A DNA stretch of 59,521 nucleotides from Alphaproteobacteria bacterium (GCA_019242395.1 JAFAVP010000174.1:1-59521); one strand, 5' to 3'. Shown: positions 19,201-27,834, numbered from the stretch's first letter. Program-made: numbers and translations. The notes: generated by a model not told the origin, from the letters alone.

Positions 19201-19763
19201 AATTTGGAGCGGCACCATGCGAGTCCTTCTTTCCCTTCTTTCGACTGAGGGACCAGGGACCGCAGAATAGACCATGCCGTCAGCGCGGCCGTGACCGCCG
19301 ATTTGCCAGTGGTCTGTTTGGTGATGCTGCGGGCGCACTGAGCGATATTGCGCGCCGCTTTCTCCGTATTCCCGGAGAGTTGGGCGTGCCAAACCCACAG
19401 CCGGCATGCGCTTATCCACCGCTGGGCAGAGGCGCTGGCGCGAGCTGCCCGCAGGCTGGCCGCAGCGAGTACGCGGAGAGTTTCGGGGCGGCTACCCGCT
19501 CTCGTCAGCACAGTTGCGAAGGCTTGTTCCGCCAAGAAGGGGTCTCGTCGCCCCGCCATCCAGCGAAGCCGAAGAGACAACATCTCCATTCGTGCCACCC
19601 TGCGGGCAGAGATGACCTTCTGCAATGCTGCAGCTCCCCGCCCGCTATCGGCGCGCGAGGCAGGCGTCTTCGGATGCGATTTCCCGGTGCCTGGCGGTGC
19701 TGTCACAATACCCATGCTCTGGCCGGTTCCGAGATGTGAGCAATAGCCATTCACCTTGGCCAA
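16221..19763 (-). CDS. Large TPR-like + GT4 glycosyltransferase
   Basis: C-terminal WET, VDEIWTPT, ERKNP, SLHRAEGFG, VIATDYSGNTDF. Start uncertain. Confidence 0.8.
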   Translation of the reverse strand: MAKVNGYCSHLGTGQSMGIVTAPPGTGKSHPKTPASRADSGRGAAALQKVISARRVARMEMLSLRLRWMAGRRDPFLAEQAFATVLTRAGSRPETLRVLAAASLRAARASASAQRWISACRLWVWHAQLSGNTEKAARNIAQCARSITKQTTGKSAVTAALTAWSILRSLVPQSKEGKEGLAWCRSKLAQIAERESRPEEALSHWAAVLSLLPNDPAALAGTHRLKGYRAPLSGAADRPPQDSLTLYERLNRTTTSDYDSQCSAGSMLLDAGAPDLALRFLEPAPRHKKSGHAQLLVFRCCVALDRIPEAVAMLPPLLRQGLLPRFAREELETVLERTSSESLSPEVLAILAHDCGNDAAAVPAILSHLLARDLSELVVAVVERLGLPPRVWPDSLVTVTADYLIERQYKGAALRLLALFAGSPAVAQKFSRAMRDIPPHDVEVWLSDEQAREPAVFWAICLAVAEYKLATDDFAGVVALLRKPQGVNPFELARPLKLRISTAIEQLLSQSSRRPELTGQLAGLVASMVSDTAKEFFAGPGFAQLCSQLVGAARLANAPSGSRQGLLREKYLYHHLERREGIRFDSLGSEFAVCAALLRYFAAVANLRPVEQLPFPQELHAQLAQPRFSFEDGCAADVLMSYLVFRNRPDVDISSPGLFEALAFWYAETAMEDNRIPSAFVAADVLSFLNSTHRSHPQWGVTLTRFAEHMRSAKGDQGTWSPDIGLDCVLVSLELLATALRDRPYYRVFFSAMLPHDEEARPTFIDLCISVLAKEQSVPPVPFSSLLSGGRSPLGKPTKSCTGSDVLLIGHLGQGTGLNRNSRMLQDALKGSGRRVSTLAYELPADEFAQGLTAWSERCGPHPTVVAAVNAQDIPSLFIRDRHGILDSCNVIGFFLWETSAAPRVQELGVALVDEIWTPTNYVAGIYAPFGKPVHVVGKGLFARRDWPARPPASNNGPVRFLTVFDFHSSVERKNPLASVLAFRKAFPGAEKVEMIVKASNVDPQHPGNAQGQWEELSRASAGDRRIHVVTERYSEAQMQQLMRRTSCVVSLHRAEGFGYVLSDALALGLPVIATDYSGNTDFCDSENSYPVAYRLIPVRAQGAYWEDEEAIWADPDVDSAAAQMRQVYSDYPQALRKAARGRERLIEVYSKEAFAERLGKRLASRRPQPVLDPSAAAVQ

Positions 19764-20169
19764 ATCTTGAACGGTCTCTGGCGCTCCATGATGCGCAATG
19801 CAGTCTATCTCGGATTCACGCGGCCATGCGGACCTATTGGCTCTTTTGGACGCGCAGGCGCGAGCTTTCCGGTGTCAGACGCAGGATACCTTCGGGCAGT
19901 GCAGATGATGGCCAGAGCTTATCCCCGCCCCCTCCGATCCTTGCTCTTGAACCGTCATCGTCCGCCGCAGGCTCCGGCAGCAATATCTCTGCCGCGCACG
20001 GCGCAACCCTGCCAAGCCTGCCAGCGCGAAAGTCGAATATGTTACCGGCTTCCGCGCCGCATTTTCGAGCCCTATCTGCACCCTCGGTACCCAAGTAGGA
20101 CCCGTGACTTGAGTTACGCGCCCTATCTGCGGTCGGATTATTACCGCTATGAGAAACCCGTGCGACCGA

Positions 20170-20388
20170 TCAACCGGCGCTACCGGTGCCTTTACGCCTG
20201 GTCTTTGTTTCCTTGCGGCCTGAGCGAATGACTTTCATCTTCGCTGATGCTTCGCGCAACCGTAATTCTGCTTCCGCTTCACGTGCACGCAGCTCCGCAA
20301 TCTTCACGCGCGACTCAAGTTCATTCACGTCCGTGACCTTAGGCTTGCGCTCCCTCTTGCCGGGCCGCCCTTCCGCTTCGGAAACCAT
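20170..20388 (-). CDS. Small basic coiled-coil hypothetical protein
   Basis: 72 aa with AGGAG RBS; heptad-like ELESRVKIAELRAREAEAELRLRE. Confidence 0.6.
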   Translation of the reverse strand: MVSEAEGRPGKRERKPKVTDVNELESRVKIAELRAREAEAELRLREASAKMKVIRSGRKETKTRRKGTGSAG

Positions 20389-20678
20389 GAATTTGCTCCT
20401 TCTGAAATGCTTTGCGCCGATCGCACCGCGCCCATAGCGGATATTCCACAGGGCTAAAACTGTGGCAAGAGCGCAGATCGAGCATTCGTCGGCGGAGGCC
20501 CGAGCGACGTCCCGGCTTCGCTTGTATGCCGGAGAGAGTTAACCTACATTCATCTGTTGTCCCAAAGCGGGTCGCTGGAGGGTTATGGGACGGTTCGGTG
20601 CGAGGACGTGGGCGCAAATCTTGCGTTCGTGTGCGAGGCAGCTTTGACGGTCCATTGGAACAGGGCGGACGACAGTTC

Positions 20679-21461
20679 ATGAAGAGCCTTCTTCTTTCCC
20701 TTACAGCCGCGCTCTGGGCCGTGTGTGTGCCCCCAGCCTTCGCCGCCGGTCTGGATGCCGCGGGAGACACATTGTCGGGGACCCGCCCAGCCGGAATTGA
20801 TTCCGTGGGTGCTCAAATCGAACGCGACGTAGAATCTAGGTTGCGTGATAGTTTAAGCCCGGAGATGCTGCAGAATTTTGGGCTCTTCATCTATGTGAGC
20901 AAGGCGGCAGCGGGCCCGTGGGCGCAAAGGATGCTCGTTTATCAGAAAGTGGGCGAAGACCTTTTGCTGCTATACGATTGGCCCGTCTCCACCGGCCGAG
21001 AAACGGTGGAGGCGAGTCCCTCGGGAACTCAGCTGCCGACGAACACGCCGGCCGGGTATTATGAGTTCGATCCAAAGCGTTTTTACACGGCGTACCGGTC
21101 GACGCAGTGGGACGAAGACATGCCGTTCGCCATGTTCTTTAACTGGATAGACCACGGATCGTCTACCGGCCTGGCCATTCATGGGACTTCCCCGGAGGGA
21201 GAAAGTCTTCTGGGCATGCGTGCTAGTGCCGGTTGCGTTCGCCTGTCTAAGGACAATGCACGTACGCTCTTTGCCATCGTACGGGACAACTTTAAGGGAA
21301 TGGCGCCAAAATTCGCGTTCGACAAGCATTCAGGCACTCTAATGAACAATGGCTTGTTGGCGCACGACCCTGAAGGAAATCTTGTCCGCGACGCGGGCTA
21401 CAGCGTACTCATATTCGTGGATGATTTTGGCGGCCAGAATTTAGAAGCGCAGGCCTATTAG
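20679..21461 (+). CDS. L,D-transpeptidase (YkuD family)
   Basis: Signal peptide, WPVSTG, TPAG, AIHG...RASAGCVRL. Confidence 0.88.
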   Translation: MKSLLLSLTAALWAVCVPPAFAAGLDAAGDTLSGTRPAGIDSVGAQIERDVESRLRDSLSPEMLQNFGLFIYVSKAAAGPWAQRMLVYQKVGEDLLLLYDWPVSTGRETVEASPSGTQLPTNTPAGYYEFDPKRFYTAYRSTQWDEDMPFAMFFNWIDHGSSTGLAIHGTSPEGESLLGMRASAGCVRLSKDNARTLFAIVRDNFKGMAPKFAFDKHSGTLMNNGLLAHDPEGNLVRDAGYSVLIFVDDFGGQNLEAQAY

Positions 21462-21575
21462 GAAGGCGCACGGTTAGTATCCCAATTGGCAGCCTCGAAT
21501 GGGTTCTCGCCAAGCGCGAAACCAGATCAAGTTCACAGCAGTTTAATCCCGTACGAGTGTAGGAGGCGTTTGCTG

Positions 21576-24101
21576 GTGTTCGCGGTTATTCGAGTTCTGG
21601 GCGTGGCTGTGGTCTTGGTGAGCTCGTCAGTGGCGGCACTCGCCAGCGACGATTCGTCTGGTCGAGGCGGCTATGTCGTGCGGTCTGACCGATGGACCGA
21701 TGAGGACGAGCGTGACTACAGCGCCTTCATACTCGGCGTGGGCCGATCCGGCTGCAACACTGTGGATGCGTGCCTCAAAGGTTCCGGTAACCCCTTTAAG
21801 GACACAGACCCTCCGGGTGCCAAGTTCTACTCGGATTGTGCCCAACTGCCATACGTGCTCCGCGCATATTTTGCTTGGAAGAGGGGTCTCCCATTCGCCT
21901 ACGAGAGTTCTGTGCGTGCCCGGGGTGCCTCCAGCGATATCCGGTACTCGCAGTCAGGCAACGAGGTGACTGCACGCAAGGATGTGCTCACCGGCTCCAC
22001 CGACGGCTATAAATTGCTTCGCGCGCTTATTCCAGCCATTTCCACTGCGACCTATCGGATCCATCCCACTCTGGAACGTCCAAAGGAGTCGGACTTCTAT
22101 TCCCCTGCCATCCGGGTGAACTCGATCAGGCCTGGAACGGTGATTTACGATCCCGACGGCCATGTTGCTGTGGTTTACGAAGTTCAGCGCGATGGCCGCA
22201 TCGAGTACATGGACAGCCATCCTGATAACATGGTCACCCGCGGGACCTATGATCTCCGCTTTGTGCGCGCGCCGCCGGCAGTCGGAGCTGGGTTCAAGAA
22301 CTGGCGCCCGCTCCGGCTGGTCGGCTACAGCCGCCGGGGCGATGGCGCGCTGGAGGGCGGACATGTCGAACTCGCCTCTAACTCTGAGATACCGGACTTT
22401 TCGGATGATCAGTTCTATGGAAACAGCACGCGCGCGGGGGACGGCAGTTGGACAAGCGGCACGTTCACCCTGAACGGTGAGCAGCTGGATTACTACGATT
22501 ACGTTCGGGCGATGATGGCCGGCGGGACGCTTGAGATGCATCCCGTGTCCGAGTTGGCCAACATGATTCAGGAGAAGTGCACGGATTTGCAGGATCGGGT
22601 GCAGGCTGTGGACAACGCCATTGCCGCCGGAATCCAGAACCGCGCCGAGCCGTCCAGATTGCCCCGCAACATTTATGGCACGTCGGGTGATTGGGAGACA
22701 TATTCGACGCCGTCGCGCGACGCACGTCTCAAGACGGCCTTCAAGGAGCTGCGGGATAATGTTGTCCGGTTCATCAACATGTACCGCACCGGCAACCGCC
22801 ATCTGATCTACGATGGAAATGATCTCGTGGCGGATATGTTGGCCACCTACGATCATGAGACTGCCCAGTGTACCGTCACCTACAAGCGCAGCGATGGGAG
22901 CCCGGTGACTCTGCCTTACGAGGAGGTGCGCAAACGGCTCTTCCGGCTCTCGTTCGACCCCTATCACTGCGTGGAGCGCCGGTGGGGGGCCTCGGATCCC
23001 GGCGAGCTCTCCACCTGCCCGGACGGCCCAGAGAAAAAAGCTTGGTACGCGGCGGAGCAGAACCTGAGAAATCAGATTGATCGCACCTACGACGCTCGAA
23101 TGGACTTTACCCTTGCCGAGCTGCGGACGCCCGGTCCCGGGAAGGGTTGGGGGAATCCACCGGATGTGGATGCGCGCTCAATCTTGCTTTCGATGCGTGG
23201 GGTTAGGCGGGCCTCATCCGTGGCGGAGACCGGCTCGGACGGCGCGCTTCCGGGCGGCGATCCCAGCATGGGAAGCACTTCCCGGCCCGATCTGCGGGGT
23301 TGGCATGCCCGACGCGAAGCCGAATTCAGCAACTGGCAGCAAAGTCATCCCCGGGGAGAGTTGTGGGATGCGCCGGTCGCGCCCAAAATGGTGGCGGTTA
23401 GAGCCGGAAGCTTTCTGATGGGCTCGCCCGCCAATGAACTGGGCCGCTGGCCAACCGAGGGGCCGCAGCACCAGGTCACGATTGGCCGTGATTTTGCGGT
23501 GAGCGCCTATCCGATCACCTTCAACGAGTGGGACGCCTGCGTCCAGGACGGCGGCTGCAACGGCTATACCCCTTCGGATGAGCATTGGGGACGGGGCAAT
23601 ATGCCCGTCATAAATGTCAGCTGGGAGGATGCCGAAGCGTATGCGGCATGGCTCACCAACAGAAGCGGGCACCGTTACCGGCTCCTGTCGGAGGCGGAAT
23701 ACGAGTATGCAGAACGCGCTGGCACCGCCACGCCGTACAGCACCGGCCAGACGATTTCCCCAAATCAGGCAAACTTCTTCGACACTGCCACCATGTCCCA
23801 AAGCGCGGGTCCCGAAGGCCGTCAGCCGATGAAGGTCGGAAGTTTCCCCCCCAACACCTTCGGTCTCTATGACATGCAAGGCAACATCTGGGAGTGGGTG
23901 CAGGATTGCTGGAACGACTCCTATCAGAAGGTCCCGTCGGATGGGTCCGCCATGGCCCGGGGCGACTGCCAGCGCCGCGTGGTGCGGGGTGGCGGCTTCA
24001 ATCGCGAAAGGAAGTTCATGCGCGCGGCCTCTCGATATTGGATCGTTGGCCAACTTCGTTCTGCGTTGGCGGGGTTCCGAGTCGCCCGGGAGCTGGATTG
24101 A
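21576..24101 (+). CDS. Secreted protein: unknown Cys/His domain fused to a C-terminal FGE-sulfatase (SUMF1-like) domain
   Basis: AGGAGG RBS and signal peptide. C-terminal FLMGSP, PVINVSWEDA, RLLSEAEYEYA, NTFGLYDMQGNIWEW, RGGGF, GFRVAR. Confidence 0.8.
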   Translation: MFAVIRVLGVAVVLVSSSVAALASDDSSGRGGYVVRSDRWTDEDERDYSAFILGVGRSGCNTVDACLKGSGNPFKDTDPPGAKFYSDCAQLPYVLRAYFAWKRGLPFAYESSVRARGASSDIRYSQSGNEVTARKDVLTGSTDGYKLLRALIPAISTATYRIHPTLERPKESDFYSPAIRVNSIRPGTVIYDPDGHVAVVYEVQRDGRIEYMDSHPDNMVTRGTYDLRFVRAPPAVGAGFKNWRPLRLVGYSRRGDGALEGGHVELASNSEIPDFSDDQFYGNSTRAGDGSWTSGTFTLNGEQLDYYDYVRAMMAGGTLEMHPVSELANMIQEKCTDLQDRVQAVDNAIAAGIQNRAEPSRLPRNIYGTSGDWETYSTPSRDARLKTAFKELRDNVVRFINMYRTGNRHLIYDGNDLVADMLATYDHETAQCTVTYKRSDGSPVTLPYEEVRKRLFRLSFDPYHCVERRWGASDPGELSTCPDGPEKKAWYAAEQNLRNQIDRTYDARMDFTLAELRTPGPGKGWGNPPDVDARSILLSMRGVRRASSVAETGSDGALPGGDPSMGSTSRPDLRGWHARREAEFSNWQQSHPRGELWDAPVAPKMVAVRAGSFLMGSPANELGRWPTEGPQHQVTIGRDFAVSAYPITFNEWDACVQDGGCNGYTPSDEHWGRGNMPVINVSWEDAEAYAAWLTNRSGHRYRLLSEAEYEYAERAGTATPYSTGQTISPNQANFFDTATMSQSAGPEGRQPMKVGSFPPNTFGLYDMQGNIWEWVQDCWNDSYQKVPSDGSAMARGDCQRRVVRGGGFNRERKFMRAASRYWIVGQLRSALAGFRVARELD

Positions 24102-24238
24102 AGCTGGCTACCCGGTTTTCGGGGCTTTTTGCGATTTTGGAGGTGCCGGTTAACCGAGACCCGGAACAAAGCAGTCCAGGGCGCATTCACAGCCGGACGA
24201 CGCGGAGGTCACTAGTGCAAAAAAAATGCGACTTGGGC

Positions 24239-24277
24239 TATAATCCGGTTGCACAAGCGATGCTCTGGCCTTACAAC
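24239..24277 (+). promoter_or_regulatory. Putative sigma70 promoter(s)
   Basis: TTGCAC-N17-TACAAC at 24249-24277 and a TATAAT at 24239-24244, upstream of the GAGGGAG RBS. Confidence 0.35.
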
Positions 24278-24303
24278 ATGAACTCAATCGAGGGAGACAC
24301 ACC

Positions 24304-24642
24304 ATGATCCGCAACTTTATTGCCACGACGGCCGCCGCGGCGCTGTTGCTGGCCAGTGTGCCGGCATTTGCGCAATCCGGCGGAGCCTCCGGCGGAGCCA
24401 GTGGTGGCGCAAGCGGTGGAGCCATGGAACAACCGGCGCCGCCTCCGCCTCCGGCTGAAGCGCCGCCCCCGCCGCCTCCGCCAGCTGAACCTGCCTTGGC
24501 TCCAGCCCCTGCTGCGGGGGCAACGGCTGGCTTCTTTTCTGGCAATGGTTTGCTGATTGCGGCTGGCGTTGCTGCCGCTGCGATTATCATAGCGGTTGCG
24601 GCTTCCAACAGCGGCAACAATAACAACAATAACACGCACTAA
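24304..24642 (+). CDS. Small secreted, membrane-anchored Gly/Ala/Pro-rich protein
   Basis: Strong RBS, signal peptide (..VPAFA), GGAS repeats, poly-Pro, C-terminal TM helix and poly-Asn tail. Confidence 0.8.
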   Translation: MIRNFIATTAAAALLLASVPAFAQSGGASGGASGGASGGAMEQPAPPPPPAEAPPPPPPPAEPALAPAPAAGATAGFFSGNGLLIAAGVAAAAIIIAVAASNSGNNNNNNTH

Positions 24643-24666
24643 TATACGAATTCACGTCCGAACAGC

Positions 24667-24702
24667 GGCGCCCGGCTTTATCAGGCCGGGCGTCTTTGTT
24701 TG
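24667..24702 (+). terminator. Rho-independent terminator
   Basis: GGCGCCCGGC-loop-GCCGGGCGTC followed by TTTGTTTG. Confidence 0.75.
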
Positions 24703-24816
24703 TTGGCTTCATCGCCGCCCGGATTGATCTTCATGGGGTTCGGCGGGTTTTGAAGTACATTGCGTGGCCTTATGGTGGCGGCATATCGTGCCTGTCGGGC
24801 CTACCTCAGGAAGACA

Positions 24817-25590
24817 ATGCTGAAAGCGATCGGCAGCCAGATCAACGTACTCAAGGCTCTGACCATCCATAACCTGCAGGGCCAGATGAAGACCTACAGG
24901 TATGGTTTTGCCTGGGTGATTCTTGAGCCGCTGTTCTATATCGCGGGCTTCCGCATGATGAGGCAATTCCTGGGAGGCTCACTCGCCCCGCCGAGTGGCA
25001 TGACCCCTCTTATGTTCTACGTATTGGGGGTGATTCCTTTGTTTCTTGCCTTCGATGGCCTCAAAGCGTTCGGCACCTTGGCCAAGCCATCTAAGCTCGC
25101 AGCGCTGCCGCGCGTAACCCCACTCGACCTGGCACTAGCAGATACCACCGCCTCTTTTGTGATTTACTTTATGCTGTTCTGGCTCATTGCCATTCCAGTC
25201 TCGCTTTACGAGCACGCCTGGCCGCCGGATAATGTGATGGCGCTCATGCTGGCGATGATCTTGGGCTGGGTCTTGGGCTTGTCGGCAGGGTTCATCCTTA
25301 GCGGTCTGGTGCGTGTGTTTCCGCCGAGCAAGCAGTTCATCGGATATTCCGTGTTCGGACTGCGCATCAGCTCCGGCCTGTTTTTCAGCATAACCATGCT
25401 TCCTACCACGATCTGGCCGTATCTGACTTGGAACCCGCTCCTGCACGTAACAGAGCTGACCCGGGATGCGTGGTACGAAAGCTATGTCTCGCCCATCGCG
25501 AGTTTCAGCTTTGTGATAAAGTGCGCTGTGGTCATGATGCTGCTTGGTTTGAGCATCGAGCGGTTCATGCGGCGGGTTCCGGCCGCATGA
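24817..25590 (+). CDS. kpsM: Capsule-export ABC transporter permease, KpsM-like
   Basis: YGFAWVILEP, LPRVTPLD, SGLFFS, WNPLLHVTELTR; multiple TM helices. Confidence 0.8.
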   Translation: MLKAIGSQINVLKALTIHNLQGQMKTYRYGFAWVILEPLFYIAGFRMMRQFLGGSLAPPSGMTPLMFYVLGVIPLFLAFDGLKAFGTLAKPSKLAALPRVTPLDLALADTTASFVIYFMLFWLIAIPVSLYEHAWPPDNVMALMLAMILGWVLGLSAGFILSGLVRVFPPSKQFIGYSVFGLRISSGLFFSITMLPTTIWPYLTWNPLLHVTELTRDAWYESYVSPIASFSFVIKCAVVMMLLGLSIERFMRRVPAA

Positions 25591-26303
25591 GCATTGAGTT
25601 GCGCAACGTAACAGTCAGAACACGGAATACCCTGTCACCTATCACGTTGAGCAATCTGAACCTTCAGATTGGAGCGAGGGACCGTTTCGCATTTCTCGGG
25701 CCGCCGAAATCCGGAGTAGAGCTCGTGGTGAGCGTGATCTGCGGGGCAATGGCTCCGGACGAAGGAAGGGTGATTCGGACCAGCAGTCTCTCATGGCCTC
25801 TTCCCAGCGCACCATTCTTGCACAAGCACCTGACGTTCGTGGCCAACGCCCGCTTTGTCGCACGGATCTATGAGGCAGACGAGCGGCCCTTCATCAATCG
25901 CGTATTGGAGATGGCAGACTTGCAGGAGATGGCCGAGGAGCGGGTCGATCATTGCCCCAGTAGCGCGGTTTCCCGCTTTACTTTCGCTCTGGGGGCTTGC
26001 TTGCCGTTTGACATCTACTTGGTGATCAAGACGAAAGTAGGCGACAAGTCCGACCACGAGAAGTTCGCGGGGGTTCTGACCGACCTTGGAAAACGGAGCG
26101 GCCTTATACTCGCAACATCGAGCACCAAGGATGTGGCGGAGTACTGCGACTCAGCGCTTGTGCTCGACCCCGTCGGCCCCGTGTATTACGATGACATCGA
26201 GGCCGCCACAGAACACCTGCAGCGGATCATAAAGCGCCGGGAGGAGACGGACGAGATGGAGTTTCCCGAAGACGAGTCTGGAGGGCAGTTCGATGACTTT
26301 TGA
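25587..26303 (+). CDS. KpsT-like ABC nucleotide-binding subunit with degenerate catalytic motifs
   Basis: KpsT scaffold (IELRNV, PDEGRVIRTSSLSWP, NARFVARIY, PFDIYL, YCDSALVL). Walker A, signature, Walker B and H-loop are all substituted. Confidence 0.75.
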   Translation: MSIELRNVTVRTRNTLSPITLSNLNLQIGARDRFAFLGPPKSGVELVVSVICGAMAPDEGRVIRTSSLSWPLPSAPFLHKHLTFVANARFVARIYEADERPFINRVLEMADLQEMAEERVDHCPSSAVSRFTFALGACLPFDIYLVIKTKVGDKSDHEKFAGVLTDLGKRSGLILATSSTKDVAEYCDSALVLDPVGPVYYDDIEAATEHLQRIIKRREETDEMEFPEDESGGQFDDF

Positions 26304-27280
26304 GATTGGAAGTATTAAAGTCGTTCCGTGCCAGCAACCCGAGTCAATGGAAACGCCCCGTGCCTGAGTCGTATTCCCGAGTTACTGCCGTCCCGTTGTC
26401 ACCCGGCCAGACTATCCCGCGAGGCGACGGCACAGCGGATGTTTTTGGGCGACTTTGGGCCCAATTCAAAAAGACGTGGGGGGAAGTCGCAAGGCGGATA
26501 TCCTTCTGGACAGTAGTGGGTGCGGCCGCCTGTCTGTCCACGGTCTACTACTTCGGTTTTGCTGAATCGCTATATGAGTCGCAGACGATTCTCAGCATTC
26601 AGAATAAGTCCTCCAGCAGCGCCGGATCGGCACTGGGCGGCTTCCTAGGCACCAGTGTTACAGCTGGGCAGGTGGAGCAGTTGTACGACTACATTATCTC
26701 CCCGGATATGCTGAAAGTTCTGGACAGGAAGTATCATCTGAGAAACCTCTATGCTTCCCGGGAGCGCAATCCGTTCTGGCGGCTGTGGTGGCCATCGAGC
26801 GACGATGCGTTTCTCCGCTTCTATCAGAACATGGTGGACGTCCAACCCGATACCACGGACAGCCTGATCACCGTGACAGTGGAAGACTATGATGCTCGTC
26901 GAGCGCAAGGCATGGCGCAGACGATTCTGGCGCAGTCGCAGAAATTCATGAATGACCAAGCCGCCGTAATGCAAAAGCAAACTATGAAATTTGCTCAGGA
27001 CGAACTCGGCAATGCCGTTCGAGCAGTGCAGGCGGCGAAGGTTCCATACGAACAGCAGGTTGCGGAGATTCGGCTTTCGGCAGCGCAGAGCGCGCTAGCG
27101 TCCGCGGCCGGGGCAGCCAACGCCCAACAGCTATTTGTGCTTCCGGTTTCGTCTCCTCCGCTGCCAACCAACACCACGCGGCCGGAGCGGATCCTTGATA
27201 TAGCGGGAATCACCCTGCTAACTGCGCTTGCCTATGCGGTTGGGTTCCTGATGTGGGCCAACGTACGCGAGCACAATTAA
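26300..27280 (+). CDS. KpsE-like capsule export inner-membrane protein (shortened)
   Basis: Two TM helices, YYFGFAESLYES, YDYIISPDML, and a C-terminal VSSPPLP..RPER..WANVREH. Confidence 0.7.
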   Translation: MRLEVLKSFRASNPSQWKRPVPESYSRVTAVPLSPGQTIPRGDGTADVFGRLWAQFKKTWGEVARRISFWTVVGAAACLSTVYYFGFAESLYESQTILSIQNKSSSSAGSALGGFLGTSVTAGQVEQLYDYIISPDMLKVLDRKYHLRNLYASRERNPFWRLWWPSSDDAFLRFYQNMVDVQPDTTDSLITVTVEDYDARRAQGMAQTILAQSQKFMNDQAAVMQKQTMKFAQDELGNAVRAVQAAKVPYEQQVAEIRLSAAQSALASAAGAANAQQLFVLPVSSPPLPTNTTRPERILDIAGITLLTALAYAVGFLMWANVREHN

Positions 27281-27411
27281 GGCTGCACCTGCAGCGGCAA
27301 GGGTTGCGCCTATTTAATCAAGATGGGCTTGAAAATGCCTTGGTCCCGCTGTTCTAAGTCGCTTGGATGGGCGTGAGGCCAGTGCCATTGGCGCGCTGGA
27401 AGGAGAGTTTC

Positions 27412-27834
27412 ATGAAAATGAAAACTTTATACACTTCCGCTCTTGTACTTGCGATTGCGGCCAGCCCAGCGCTGTCGTTCGAAAAGGCGGCGTATTCAGC
27501 GGATTCGTCTGTTGCGGTTGGTCATCACAGGCACCTTCACGGGGTCCGGCTGCCGCGAGAACTACGGATCATGTGGCACAGAGAAGAACGGGCGAAACTG
27601 AAGGAGCTTCCGAAAGAGCAACGCCATGGCTGGCTTCGGGCGAAATGGCGTGCCATGAGCGACGCGGAGCGGCATAAGAAAATTGCAGAACTGGAAGTGA
27701 AGTGGAAGGCGCTCCCGGTAAAGGTGCGCGAGGCATTGCTGGAAAAGAAGCGGCAGAAGCACGAGGCCCGGCAGCTCCGCAGGGCCGAACGGCCCAACAG
27801 CAATGATCGAGCGTGGCAGCCTAGCCAGCAATAG
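27412..27834 (+). CDS. Secreted basic helical protein (DUF3106-like W-x-x-[LM] repeats)
   Basis: AAGGAGAG RBS, signal peptide, LKELPKEQR / WRAMSDAER / WKALPVKVR. Confidence 0.6.
   Translation: MKMKTLYTSALVLAIAASPALSFEKAAYSADSSVAVGHHRHLHGVRLPRELRIMWHREERAKLKELPKEQRHGWLRAKWRAMSDAERHKKIAELEVKWKALPVKVREALLEKKRQKHEARQLRRAERPNSNDRAWQPSQQ

Noticed and set aside
19834-20094. Short ORFs in the spacer upstream of GT4
   Set aside because: No RBS or family signal; more likely regulatory DNA.
23380-24101. FGE domain as a sulfatase-maturation enzyme or a DGR target
   Set aside because: Catalytic Cys pair absent, no sulfatase nearby, and no reverse transcriptase or template repeat seen.
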